Below are positions 38,992 through 50,928 of a stretch of 64,000 nucleotides of DNA, in pieces (within the stretch, counting starts at the first letter, position 1; each line of letters begins with the position of its first letter). The notes below the pieces were generated by a model. It was not told the origin of the DNA and made no database searches. It saw nothing but the letters and a program-made list of their open reading frames with translations. The translations under genes were made by a program, and so were the position numbers. The stretch is from NCBI GenBank assembly GCA_004431415.1, contig QPMI01000542.1, forward strand, positions 434,001 through 498,000, in the 5' to 3' direction. This DNA is from Cyanophora paradoxa CCMP329. Its lineage: Eukaryota > Plantae > Glaucophyta.

Positions 38992-39395
38992 CCGGATTTA
39001 ACCAGATGCTTAATAATTTGTAGCAACCATATACATCCCCTCATCGATAATTATATAAGATTCGTATGCGTGTCACTAACTGAAAGCGCTATAGCTAGCT
39101 GAAAAGCACGTCGAACTTAACACGTCGAGTCAGCATTGTAATTGAATAAAAGCACTCGTGTCGGCGCTTCATCTAAGAATATGAATAGGCCTAACTGGGC
39201 CTGTTGCAGAATACCCTCGAACGAGTATTTGGCCTGTATATAAGCCTAACAGAGAACTCGTCAAAACCCTGCAGAAAGAAAGCGAAAAGTACTTGGAATT
39301 TTCGGAGATGTTCACACACATGCATCCTTTTTCTAAGCATGAACAAACGAATAATAACGCATTACGTAAGTGAGAAGGTAGAAAGATTCGACGCA

Positions 39396-41339
39396 TTACT
39401 GGAGGGTGCAGGACTTCTCCTCCTCGACGGCCGGCGCCGGCGGCGGAAGGGGCGCCGGCAGCCACGTAAAGGGCTGAGCCCGGAGCGGCGTCAGCCTCGA
39501 GCTCCAACCTGGAGCGGCATAGCCGGCACTGACCTTGACGTTCGCGACGGCGGCGTCGATGTGGCGGCAGAGGCGCGCGATGCACTCCTCCTGCATGCTG
39601 TTCACCCAGAAGAGGGCGTTGTGGCGCGGGAAGTTCGCCATATCGGGCGGCAAGCCGGCCGTCGACGGGAAGCGCTGCCGCGGGTCGTCCACCAACGGGA
39701 TGATCGCCTGCGCGCGTGCGGGCCGCGGCCGACGTCAGTGCCGGCGGCTCGAGCCGTGTGGCGTTGCATCGGACCTTGCCGAGGTGGCACGCCTCCGCGA
39801 TCTCGCGGCGCACCCTGCACGAGGCCGGCGGTCAGAGGAGAGGGACGAGCGACCCAGCTCCTCGCCCCAGCCCGCGCACCAGTCCTCGAGCTCCTTGCAG
39901 CGTTCGAGCGTGCCGTCCACCAGGATGAAAGCTTTGCGAAAGCTTTCAGGCAGAGGCCGACCGTCGCAGCAGGAGGCGCGGAGGCTCTCGAGGATCTTCG
40001 AGTCGAAGACGCCGCCCTGGAGGCTCTGCAGGTCGAAGAAGACCTTGTAGCTGAGGGGCGTCGAAGTCAGAGGGGCGGCGACGGAAGCCGGCGCCATCGG
40101 TATCGCGTACCCCTGCCGCTCGAGGGCCTCCCGCACGAGGGAGGCGAGGTAGTTCCTCCCGTCCAGCCGCCGGTACGTGATGCTGCACCCCGTCAGCGGG
40201 CAGATCGGGCGCGGGGCGCGGGCAGGAAAGCAATCGCGCACAAGACGTGGTACACGTAGCCGGGAGGGAGGGGCGGGACGCGCGAAGCGGGGCCGTACCC
40301 CGGCGTGGGGCTGTAGCCGGGCGTGGGGCTGTAGCCGGGCGTGGGGCTGTAGCCGGGCACGGGCGCGGGGTGGCCGCCTCGGAGGGCGGCGATCTCGGCG
40401 AGGAGGCGCTGGCGGGCGCCGAAGTGCGCGACGCCCATCCGCTCGAGCTCGCCGTCGCCCAGGGCGAGCAGGGCGACGCCGTTTGTGAACCGAAATGCCT
40501 CCGCGAACCTGCCGGCGCCTCACGGAGTGAGGCCGGGCGGGACGGCGAGAAGGGAGGCGAGATAACGGGAAGCGGTGATGGAGATGGGCGGGAGAGTGAT
40601 GACGCACTCGGCGAGGGGGCCGCGGGAGCGGACCCACGCGACGACCTCGTCCTCGATCCACGCGCGCGCGTCGCCCGATGGAGGTCGCAGGGGGATGGAG
40701 CGGCAATGTTCCATAATAGCACGGCACTGCGAGGACCCTCCTCCAACGGATATGCTACGACGGACAGGCTCCGGCATGGCCGTGAGGGGGTTGTTGGTGA
40801 CTAGCAGCTCCTCTAAGGCGGCGAGGCGGCCGATCTCCGGCGGCAGCGCCGTCAGCTGGTTGAACTGTAACCACAGCTTTTTCAGGGAGGTAAGGCGGCC
40901 GATCTCCGGCGGCAGCGCCGTCAGCTTGTTTCCGCCCAGCCCCAGCTCCTTCAAGGCTGCGAGGCGGCCAATCTCCGGCGGCAGCGCCGTTAGCTGGTTG
41001 TCGTTCACGCCCAGGTGCTGCAGGGCGGCGAGGCGGCCGATCTCCGGCGGCAGCTCCATCAGCTGGTTGCCGCCCAACCAGAGCTTCTCCAGGTTCGTGA
41101 GCTTGGCGAGCTCTGCCCCCGGGATGCGCATGAGCTTGTTCCCTCCGAGCTGGAGCTCGCGGATGTTCTCGGCCCCCGCTGCCGCGATCTCCGCCGCCGG
41201 CCACTCCCTCCGCAACCCCCCGCCAAGATCCAGCCTCCCCTCCCCCGGGATCCACCCCCTGCCCATGCCTGCGGGGCGGTCAGCGGCAGAAGCGCGGAGC
41301 CCCCCCCCACAGGCCCGTCCCTGTCAACTCGCCTCGCAT
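39396..41339 (-). CDS. LRR-SAM-TIR protein with SARM1-like TIR and C-terminal CaaX (CTLQ)
   Basis: Six ~23-aa LRRs (LxxLxLxxNQLTALPPEIGRL); SAM (WIEDEVVAWV..NGVALLALGDGELERMGVAHFGARQRLLAEI); (PGYSPT)3 linker; TIR YHVFITYRR..LASLVREALERQGYKVFFDLQSLQGGVFDSKI..DWVRREIAEA..IIPLVD..LPPDMANFPRHNALFW; ends EEKSCTLQ*. Start is 41339 (via a GC-AG intron) or 41266. Confidence 0.85.
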
Positions 41340-42409
41340 CTTAGCCGACGGGCCCGCTCCCGCTGCTTCGCTTGGTGGGAGCCGAAAGCGGCCTAGCAGT
41401 GGCTAACAAGCTCCACGGCGCCCTGTGAGGCCGAGAGCGAAGCGATCCCTAGGTTCTAGACCGAGATTCGCGCGCCCGGCACCAACTAACGGCAATCCAG
41501 GCCATTCGCCCGCCCGGCGTCGCGCACCTTCGACGAAACGCCTTGACGCAGCGGTGCCGAGCTTTCGGAACCGACGGAGCCCGCCCGGTCAGAAGTTCCT
41601 CGGTCGCGCGCTGTCTGCTGACCTGGCCGTTCGCCCGCAGCGCAGTGTACGAAGCTACAAGTGAGCTGTGAGCGAGCGAGAGGCGGCAATGCCAAAAAAC
41701 CGCCGGCTTCGCACCTGCCCGGCGATTCCCCGAAGATTCCCCTGTACCCCCTCAAGATAGCACGCGGCTGCACGGCTAAGCACGCCGAAGCACGGCTAAG
41801 CACGCGGAGCACGGCGCTAAGCACTGCTGCGCGGCACGCGCGCCGGCGGCTTGCACGCGGGATCGACAGGCGTAGGACAGGCCTAGGCCTAGGCGTACCG
41901 CGCGCGACACGAATCGAGGACGCCCGCAACGTGCCCTCAGCGCGGTGAGTGCAGACACGATTTGCATTAGCACACAACCACAACTACTAGGAGTTTCACA
42001 TCGCCCAATTTATCTCTCCGACTAGATAACACTGAGGACCGTCGAGTGCTGTGCTCTGTCTAAATGGTAGGTTTGGTGCTGGGCTATCTGTATATCTAGC
42101 TACACTGGAGGTCTGAAATAGGTTTGTAGCTAGCTTTAGCTATAGGTAGCTATTTATCTGTCGCTAGCGCTAAGTCTGATCTGCAGCTATTTTGATTTGT
42201 CTACTAGGGTCCCTGAAAGTGAAAAGGAAAGGAAAGTAGCTAGGGATCCCGGCTCCCGTCTGCAGGTGTATACACCCCGATCGATTTTCGCTGCTCCTCG
42301 CCAGCCCCAGCCGGGTGGGCTACTGGCTCGCCTCCGCCTCCGCTGTCTTGGTGTTGCCTCCCCGTGCCCCTTATGAGACCCCCCCCCAGATAGCGCCCAT
42401 TTTATCCCT

Positions 42410-45400
42410 TCAGCGCGGCCTGGTCCGCGCCGTGCCCACGCCCCAATCATACCTGTTGGTGTGGTCGTACAGCTGCATCGCTTCGGCAGCCGCTGCCCAG
42501 CCGTAGTCCTCCGGGGGACAGTTCAGCGATGCGTATTCCAGGTTTTCCCCACCGCCGCGGTGCCTGGACATTAGCGCGTGGCACGCGGCGCACCGTTCTG
42601 TGCACCGCTCCTTGGTCGGCTGGCCTCGGCGCTGCCGGGATGGCCCTGCCGCGGATTGATCAGACTCGCCTGCCGCCTCGCGGACGCGCGCCTCGGTGCG
42701 TCTTCGCTTCGCGCGGCGCTCTTTCATCACCTTTGTGATCCCGCACGCTTTCTCCCACTCAGCGTAGGCCTTGCAGCGGGCGGCCCACGTCTTGTGGGCC
42801 TGCTCGCCTATCGCCGTTGTCAGCTTCCGCGTGACCTCGGCCGCCAGCTTCTCGTCCGGGATCGTCTCCCGGACCATGTCGGTAAGGCCCGCAGGCGGCA
42901 ATCCACGGAGCACACAGATCTGTGTTCGTCGTTCTAGCGGCGTGAGCGTCGGCTCGTTCACGCGCGTCACCTTGAGCGAGTTGCAGAGCGCTTGCGGGAG
43001 CGACCGCTGGAGCGGCTTCGCGAGCGCACCGCTTACAACAGCTGATATGCTTGCTTCTGCCGCAGCGCGCGCTTCCACCGCTACCGCGCTGAGGCACGTG
43101 AGCATGTGCTCGAGCGTCTCCTCCGTACCAGCGACTAGTCTGGGCGGCCGGCAATGTCTTGCTGCCGTGTGCCGCAGAGCACGCACAGCCCGTTTGGGTT
43201 CACCTCGCTGTACAGCTCTGGCGCGTCCCGCTTGCGGACCAGGGCCGTCGCCACGGTACCCAGCACCAGTTTCACATGCGTACCCCGGTAGCAGTTGCTT
43301 TCCCGGCTCACCCCGACGCGGCGGGGTCCCATCGCCATCTGATCGTACACAGCGCCGTGATCGACCGGCTCCCGCAGCCACTGGCCTGCCTGCGCCTGAT
43401 TCGACCAGGCGAAGTGCGTATGATGCGCATGCAGCACTGCGGCGTGCCTCCGGGGATCGCCTTCGACCCGCCTCGCGGTTCCGTCCGACCCCTCGATCGT
43501 CAGGACCGCCGGCATGCTGAACTCCGGCGGCAGGAAGATGCCCTCATCGATCTCCGGCTGGTCGAGCTCCCTGGCGAGCTTCGCGGCGGCGTCGGCACGG
43601 TTGTTCATCTCATCAGTGCCGTGCGCTTTGACCTTGACTAGCTCGATTTCCCGGCTGTGCTCACGCTTCGCCAGGATGGCCCGGAATCTGGACCAAGCGT
43701 AGAGCTCGGCGCTGCACGGGTGGCGGACGTAGTCGCGCGCGTGCTTGTGGTGCGCATTCTGAACGAACTGTTTGTACCACGTGCAGACGTTCTGACTGTC
43801 CGTGTGCAGCCGCAGACCTGTAGGCGCGAGCACGTCGGCGACGATCGCCGCCTGGAGCTCTGCCTTGTTGATCTCCTGGAGGCCGCGGAGCCGGCCGTAC
43901 AGCGTGGACTCCTCTCCTTCCGGATTGAGGGGCGCAACATCCGGTGCGCGGGCCGGAATCACTATTCCAAACCCCGCTCGGGCATCCGCTGTCTGACCGG
44001 CCCCCAGGCTCCCGTCCGTCCAGATGTTCAGCTTTCCTTCCGTCTCGGCGTACCGAGCGAGTTGTTCCGTCTCTGCCTTGGGCCACACTTCCAGCAGGTG
44101 CTGCCAGTACAAGTTTTCGGTCCCGCCGTGCTGCAGATCGCGTGTCCATGTCTTGGGCCCCCCGCCCGTGTAGTAAAGGTCGCGCCGTTCCGCAGATTTC
44201 GACACGGGGCGGGCCTCGTCCCTCGGCTCCGTGCTCGGCGCCGCCGCCGCCGCCGCGTCCAAGGCTACGCGCAGGTCCTCCTCGGCCTCGGGGCTCAGCT
44301 CCTCGCGGAGGAAACGTGGGTCCTCGTCCTGGACCGCCTTCACGCGGGCCTGGCGGAGGAGCTGCTGGCGTCTCTCGTCTTCATTCAGTCCGGGATCGTA
44401 GTACTCGAGCGTCATCCGCCCAGCGGCCCCTTGCGCCCTCGTCGCGACTTCGTCTCCCGGCTCTCTCCGGCGACTAGATACGTCTCGGGTTCGCCGCCCA
44501 AGCTCAAGAGGGTGTCCTCTTCCTCCCACCAACCCTCACCGTTTGTCCAAGGGCCGTCGCACTGACTCATTTCCGGGCAGCGTGCCGGGATCGGGTGCTT
44601 ACACCGCTCGTCGTGGTGCCAGTACATCTTTCCGGAGCCGGGGACTGCCGTGTACGTTTCCGGGCGCCCCTTCACCTTCTCGTGCCTGCAGTGACCGTCG
44701 CACCGGCAGTAGAGTCCGGGCTCGCTCCCGTCGGCTTCGGGGTCCGCGCCGCTCGGTATCGGCACCCAGTGCTCAAGCAGGTATTCGAACGCAACGATGC
44801 TGCCCTCCGGCGCCCTCCCTCTGACTACCCGGCCCACGTAGGGCAATGCAGCTTCATCGTGGAGCGCCTCCGCCTCGAAGACGGCTACGAAAGTCCCCGG
44901 CGTCCACTTGACCTTGCGGGCCCCGCCGGGGAGCGAGGCCATGGCCGACGCGCGCGTGCCCGCCCTTCGCATCGGGTGCCGCAGCTTCTTTCCGTCTACC
45001 GTGAGCGCTCCCACCAACTCTCGCCACCACGCAGGCTCGCTCTGCTGCAGCGTATCCTTGGGGGCCTGCGTCTGCAAGTCTCGCCAGGTGCGCACGGTCT
45101 CGCCGTCCGCAGCGGTCACCGCATCCATCGTCACTGCGCCCGCCTTGTACAGCGCGGGGGCCGCTACTCCAAAGATCGAGCTCGGTATGTGCGTCGCGAC
45201 GACGTAGCGTCGGTCGAGCCGCTCCGGATCAGGCCAAGGCGTCGTCCCGGGCATGGTGCGGAACGCCGCGTAGCGCGCGTGGTTCGACACCAGCCTGTAC
45301 TTACGCCGCTGCATCTGCGGCATGATCGCAGCCAGGGAGTTCCCGCGGGTCAGTCCGCTGGAGACGGGCGCATTCAGGAACTCGGTCGGGAGCAGCGGCA

Positions 45401-48400
45401 CGCCGAGGTCCTCCTGCAGCGCGCGCACTCGGTGCCGGACCGCCTGGGCGAGCAGCGAGCCCTCGGGTGCGCAGAGGCGGATCTGTGCCTCCGCGATCTG
45501 AGCCTCGGCCTGCAGGTGCTCGGTCCTTTTTAGGCTGTACCCCCCGTGGCTCCAGATCACGTAATTCGTCGTCGAGGCGGCGAGGTTCGCGTGGTGCTTG
45601 ACCACCCTTAGCCAGATGCGATCTAGCTCCTGGCACTGACCCTCGCTCAGGGTCATGAGCTTCAAGCCGTACGCGATTCGGGCCTGGACTACGGCCTCGA
45701 CAAGGTAGCAGGCCTCGTTCGTGGTGAGCTTTTTACGCTCTATCAGCGCCACGGCTCCTCGCGCCTGATCGCAGATGTACTGCCACTGACGATCCCAGTT
45801 CAGGTTCGCGCTCATATGCACCCCGAGGAGCTTGAAGTGCTCGTGGGGCTGGCGGACGAGCCCGACGGGGGTACCGTTAATCTTCGGCGGGGAGGGCCGC
45901 TTCTCCTTCTTCTTCGCGGCGGGGTGGGCCCCGGTTTGCTCTCAGTCTCGCGGCGTGCGTTGTTCCACGTGAAGATCGTCTTCTTCGCGTTGACCTCGAT
46001 ATCGTGCAGGCGGAAGAATTCGCCGGCCACGTCGGCCTGGGCCTGCAGCCCCCGCAGGCTGCCGCTCATCCACTTCGTGTCGTCGGCGTACGCCACGCCG
46101 CTGACGCGGGCCCGGGCCGCGCGTTCCGCGGCGTCTGTCTCTCTCGGGTTCCCATTACGTACGCTGTACCCGGCTCCTCCGCCGTCTCAGGGTGAGCATA
46201 TTGCTCTATCGTTTTCGCCACCTTCTTGCCGCACTCTCGCTCGTGCTGATCCATCCGCACTTGCGCGCAGAGGAGCGCATCGTAGAAGATCAGCCAGTGC
46301 AGCGGCGACTCGACGCCGCCCTGCGGCAGCCCGCACTCGAGCTCGAATTCGTCCGAGAGGCCGTGCCCCGAGATCGCCCTGGCCCGACGGCGTCGGAATA
46401 TGTTCCTGTGGAGCTCGATGTACCCTCCGGTACGCGCAGCCTCCGCATCGAGAGCTCCATGCTCTCCCACGAGACGGAATCGTACGCGCGCCTGATATCC
46501 TGCAGCAGGACGTAGACGGGCTTCTTGTACTGCTTCGCGTCCTCGAGGACTGCGTTAAAGACGTGGAGGGCGTCATCCGTCGAGCAACCAGGTCTGAAGC
46601 CGTAGTTGGCGCCCCTCAGGAACCCGTTCTCATGTATGGTCCGGGACAGGCGCGCGTTCAGGAGGCCCGTGGTGAGCTTCAGGGCGACCTCCTGGAGGGT
46701 GATCGGCCGCAGGTTGTTATCGATGTCTCCGTCCCATTCCCCTTGCTTCGTGATGCCAAGGATGTTGCCCTGACACACGGCGTCCGGCATGTCCCGCAGG
46801 CGGATCGCCTCCGCCACCAGCGAGAGCAGCAGCTTCCGGCCCCAGTGGACCGGCTCGCCCTCGGCAGCCCCGTCGGGGCCCCCATCCTCCTGTTCGGGGC
46901 GGGCGGGGGCCGCGCCCTTTGCCCCTTTGCCCTCGCCTTCCTCCTTTTTCTTGGGCACTTCCGCCCACAGGAACTTCACCATAGCGTACGAGAAGTTAGA
47001 CGGCCCTGCCGCCGTGTTCCCCAGCGTCTTAATGTACTCTCCGAGCTCCTGTTCGCTCGGCTCGGCCATGTCCCTTGCGTATTTGGCGGGGTCAACGTAG
47101 TCTTTCGGCTCGTATTCAAGCCTCCAGAAGTCGAGCAGCGCCCTCCCTGCGCTGTCCTTCAGCACGCTTTGAGGCAGTGTTTCCACCGTGCCCCCACTCG
47201 GGGTTGCCGGCGCTTGCACCAGGATCGCCAGTGCTCTTTCAGCAGCCGCTTCACTTCGGCAGGCTCGTTGTAGATCTCGTACGTCTTTCCGTCTCCTGAC
47301 ACCCGAGTGATATGCATGATCGGCCTGTTTCGGGGCTTCTCTAGGACCGAGGCGATGTAGGAGCCTAGTCGGCGCCCATCCATGAAGTTGTCTAGCCTGT
47401 TTTTGAGGGCCTTCTCTATTTCGCCTGCCTGCAACGCGCGGCGGATCCTCTGCAGATCGTGCCGCGTTCGGTTCTGCCATGTCTTGAGCTCTCTAAAGAA
47501 GGTCGCCCAATCTTCTTTCAGCTGCCGCCGGCGCGCAGCGGCCCAGTCATTGTCAACTTCAGCGTCCGAATTCGAAGTTGAATTCGAAGTCGAATTCGCG
47601 ATCGGCGACGATGGCCATGGGGGGGAGGACTGGGACGGGGGGGACGAAGCTGGGGTACCGCCTGCAGCTGGCGGAGATCGAGATCCGCTCGAGCTTTGGG
47701 AGTTACGTGCGTCGTCCTGGCTCTGGCTTTGGGGCCACGAGCCTTGTGCACGAGCCCGCCTTTCAGCCGGCCTCAGCGGGAACGGCCGCAGGCCTTCCTT
47801 GTCCGTCACGTAGCTCTGCAGCTTTTCTACTGCCAGGATCGTCTGCTCCGACGGAACCCCGCTGGATTCCTTGTTCCAGGCTGCCAATATGCGGGCGACC
47901 TTGGAGTCCACCTTCGCCTGCCACGGCAGGTTGCGCGGCTTGGTCGGCTTCCCGCCCCGGCGCCTCATGCTTAGATGCTCCTTTGCCACCTCCTGAACAA
48001 GTGTGGCGCTCGCAGCGTGGATTCGGGCCAGGCGGTCGAGGCGCTCCTCCGGCGTTCCCTGGCCGACCGACTCCAGGTCCGACCCCAGTGCTTCCCCGAG
48101 CTTTTTGTTAAGCTCTCGCTTCAGCTCATCCTTCTGCTTCAGCGTCCGCTTCAGGCCGTCTGGGTCGAAGACCGGCGGACCAGGCTTCGGGGTGGGCATC
48201 GGTCCCACCGGCGCGATCAGCCCGGCGCGCTCCAGGTCGAAGTCCGCGAGCACCGGGAAGTGATCCGAGTCGTGTGGCGCATCGACCCAAGTCGGGCAGG
48301 CGTGCACGCTGAGGAGCGCCTCATCGAGGGCCTTCGACACCACCACCGCATCGATGCGCGCCGCGTGCCAGAGTGCGTCCTTCGGCAGATTCGCGGGGGC

Positions 48401-49360
48401 TTCCTCTTCTGCGTGTTCCGTTCCTTCTGACTCGACGGCGCCGGCAGGCTGCGGCGGGTCTGCCTCGGCCGCCGGGCCCTGCTTCGCACCGTGCGGTGTG
48501 CGGTGCGTAACCTCGCGCGCCGAGCGCCAGGTCCCATTATCATAATCGTGGGAGTGCTGAAGCGCTGTATCGCGCAGGTCCCATGAATCTGTGAACGTGT
48601 TCCACCATTTCCTCTCCGCCGTCCTGCTCGGGACCATGGTCCCGTTGCGGATCCGCGACAGTTCGGGGATCGCTACGGAGTTCCAGTCGCCCAGCAGTAT
48701 CAGGTGCGCGTGCTGCCGAGCGCTGAAGTCGCCGTGCATCTTTGTCAGCTCCTCGACGATCTTCTCCTGATCCTGGCGGTGCGCAGCCTTGCTCACGGTC
48801 GCGGGCATGTACACGCTTGCCACGAATAGCTGGATATTCCCCTGGAACCGGAGCTCGAAGCCGATCAGCCGGCCCGGCACTTCGTACTTCTTCGTCAGGT
48901 GCTTGACCCACTGCGGCGCCACCCAGAGCGCCGCGCCGCTTCCCCGCGTACCATCGCCTGACTTCAGCGTGTACAGCAGCTTCCCGTGCGTGATTGCGCC
49001 TTCCGGCTGGAGCGGGTCCTCCCCATCCGACCGAAGCGCGGCTGCCATCTGGGGCCTAGTCATTGACAGCTCTTGCGCTCCCGCAATATCCACGTCCCAG
49101 CGCCGGCAGAATTCTTCCATTTGCTGCAGTTTGGCAGCGTTCGACCCTCTCGTGTTGAAGGTCATCGCTCTAAGGACGCCTTTCATTTTGTCTTTTTCAA
49201 TGGACGGAGAAGCCCCGATAGAATCCCCGCCTTCAGGAAACTCGATATCGGGAAAGATGTCTTTTAGCCTGTACTCGGATGCAGGCCTTGCAACTGCAGG
49301 CTTTGGAGCCTGTGCTTTCTTGCCCTTCTCTATCTTACTTTGGTTCTTCTTTCCTTTCAC
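42410..49360 (-). mobile_element. Non-LTR retrotransposon (LINE) ORF2: APE endonuclease, RT, RNase H, CCHC; frameshifted, probably 5'-truncated
   Basis: TFNTRG, AQE, LLGDWN, RIDAV, SDHFPV (APE); LRPITL, NYGFRPG, DIRRAYDSV, PQGGVESP, YADD (RT); WTDGS, NKAEL, HTDSQ, VKAH, NNRADAAAK (RNase H); CVLCG..ETLEHMLTC. Split over 7 overlapping ORFs. Confidence 0.95.
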
Positions 49361-50928
49361 TGTGGTCTAGCGACGGGGGCGCTAGTTGGGTCGCAGACAC
49401 ACGCTTGCACATACCGGACTCGCCGGCCTGTACATGTGCTCAGCTTCGGCACTACTCTGGAGACCTGGCATAGCTCGGGCTCTGCAGCTGCGCATGCATT
49501 CCCAAAGACATTCAAATTGGCGAGAGCGCTCGACGAGTCCAAGGACAGGGTGACCGCAAGCAAGTTCCCGCATGAAGGAAGCTTGTTGGCTGCAGCTGGC
49601 CAGAAGAAGGGCGCCAGAAGGGCGGGCGACTGCGGGAGGAGATCAAATCTGCAGAATTCGATCCCGTCGCGAGAGGGACGGGAATCAGCTCGGAAACCGT
49701 CGCATGCATCTTGGAATGATGCTCGGGGTCCGCACGCATGCAGGATGCGTTCATTCTCGACCGGGATCGCCGAATTCCCGAGAGGCACCGCCGGCCGAAG
49801 CCGCAGACACAACCGGCCGCAGCCGCAAAGAACATCAGGACACATGTGCATGCCCTTGAAGGGCAGCCGGCCGCAGCCGCAGTCGACCTGCGGTGCTCCG
49901 GAGCGACGTGCGGCGTTCACGCGCTTTGCCGGAGGGTTAGCCAACGTGTACATGTGCGTATGCGTACTTCCGCACGCTTCTGCGTGCGCGGGGAGGCGGA
50001 GCGGGAAGCGTTCAAACCTTTGTCATCTCTTTGGGACCTGGATGGCCGAACAGCTAGCCCTAGTGCTCCTAAGACTATTCCCACGGGTTTCCCGCGGCGG
50101 CGGTCGCCTGAAGGCTCAGGAAAGGCTTCCGACGGATCGACCTGAAATTCCCGGGGGTACCGGAAATTTCTCAGCGCGGTGAGTGCGCTGCTTTTTGTAA
50201 AGCATCCATGCACGCCGAATGATCTCAAGCAGGACGCGGCTGCTTGCAAGACCAGCCGGAGACGCAGTCGTGCGGTATACGTAGGCGGCGCGGCGGGCCC
50301 TGCAGCCGCCCGCACGCGATGGAGTCCGACTAAGCCGCGGGGGGCCGGCGCCGCCGGCAGCGGAGCGGACGGTGACGGCGAGCCTAAGGTGCACGTGGCG
50401 GCGGCGAGCCGCGGACGGTGAGCCGGGCTCGGGCCCGGGCGCCGGCGGGTCCTCAGCCCCCTCGCAGCTCCTCGCGAGGCCCGCCCGCGCCCTCGAGCGG
50501 GGGCGCGGGGAGCCCTCCAAAGGGGCGCCCCCCGATCGAGAGGCACCGGTACCGCAGAGGGCGGCGGCGGTGGCGCCCGTCCCTCCCCCGGCCAGCCCCG
50601 GCCCCGGCCCCGGCCCCGCACTCTTCTCCCTGCCCCGGCCCTCCTCTCTCCCGGGGCCGGGTCTCTCCCTGCCCCGGCCCCGCACTCTTCTCCCTGCCCC
50701 GGCCCTCCTCTCTCCCGGCCTCTCCCTGCCCCGGCCCTCTCCCTGCCCCGGCCACGCTTTGAGGGAGGGCCGGGGCAGGGAGAGAGGCGGGGCCGCACCG
50801 GCCCCGCCTCTCTCCCTGCCCCGGCCCTCCCTCAAAGCGTCGCCGGCCCTCCCCCGCGCCTTCGCCGCAGGCGCACCGTACCCCTCCCCGCAACCTTCCC
50901 CTCCCCGACCTGCTCAGCCGCCCCGTCA

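Larger units (their letters stand above)
33163..39015 (+). mobile_element. Non-autonomous gag-only LTR retrotransposon with partly duplicated 3' LTR
   Basis: 5' LTR 33163-33706 (TGTCGC...TTAATA). 3' LTR 37420-37954, plus a repeat of LTR nt ~71-end (37961-38419 and 39001-39015). 4-bp TSD ATTT (33159-33162, 39016-39019). Possible PBS TGGGGGCT at 33709. Confidence 0.88.

Noticed and set aside
33163-39015. DIRS/Ngaro split-repeat element suggested by three repeat copies
   Set aside because: There is no tyrosine recombinase or RT, a 4-bp TSD is present, and the third copy is explained by local duplication.
38457-39044. 195-aa hydrophobic minus-strand ORF
   Set aside because: It crosses the insertion boundary and reflects the pyrimidine-rich retrocopy sequence.
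49370-50200. LINE ORF1 or SWIM/MULE fragment (CGCGRLPFKGMHMCPD)
   Set aside because: It appears intron-containing, lacks the final His of SWIM and has no Gag knuckle; too weak to call.
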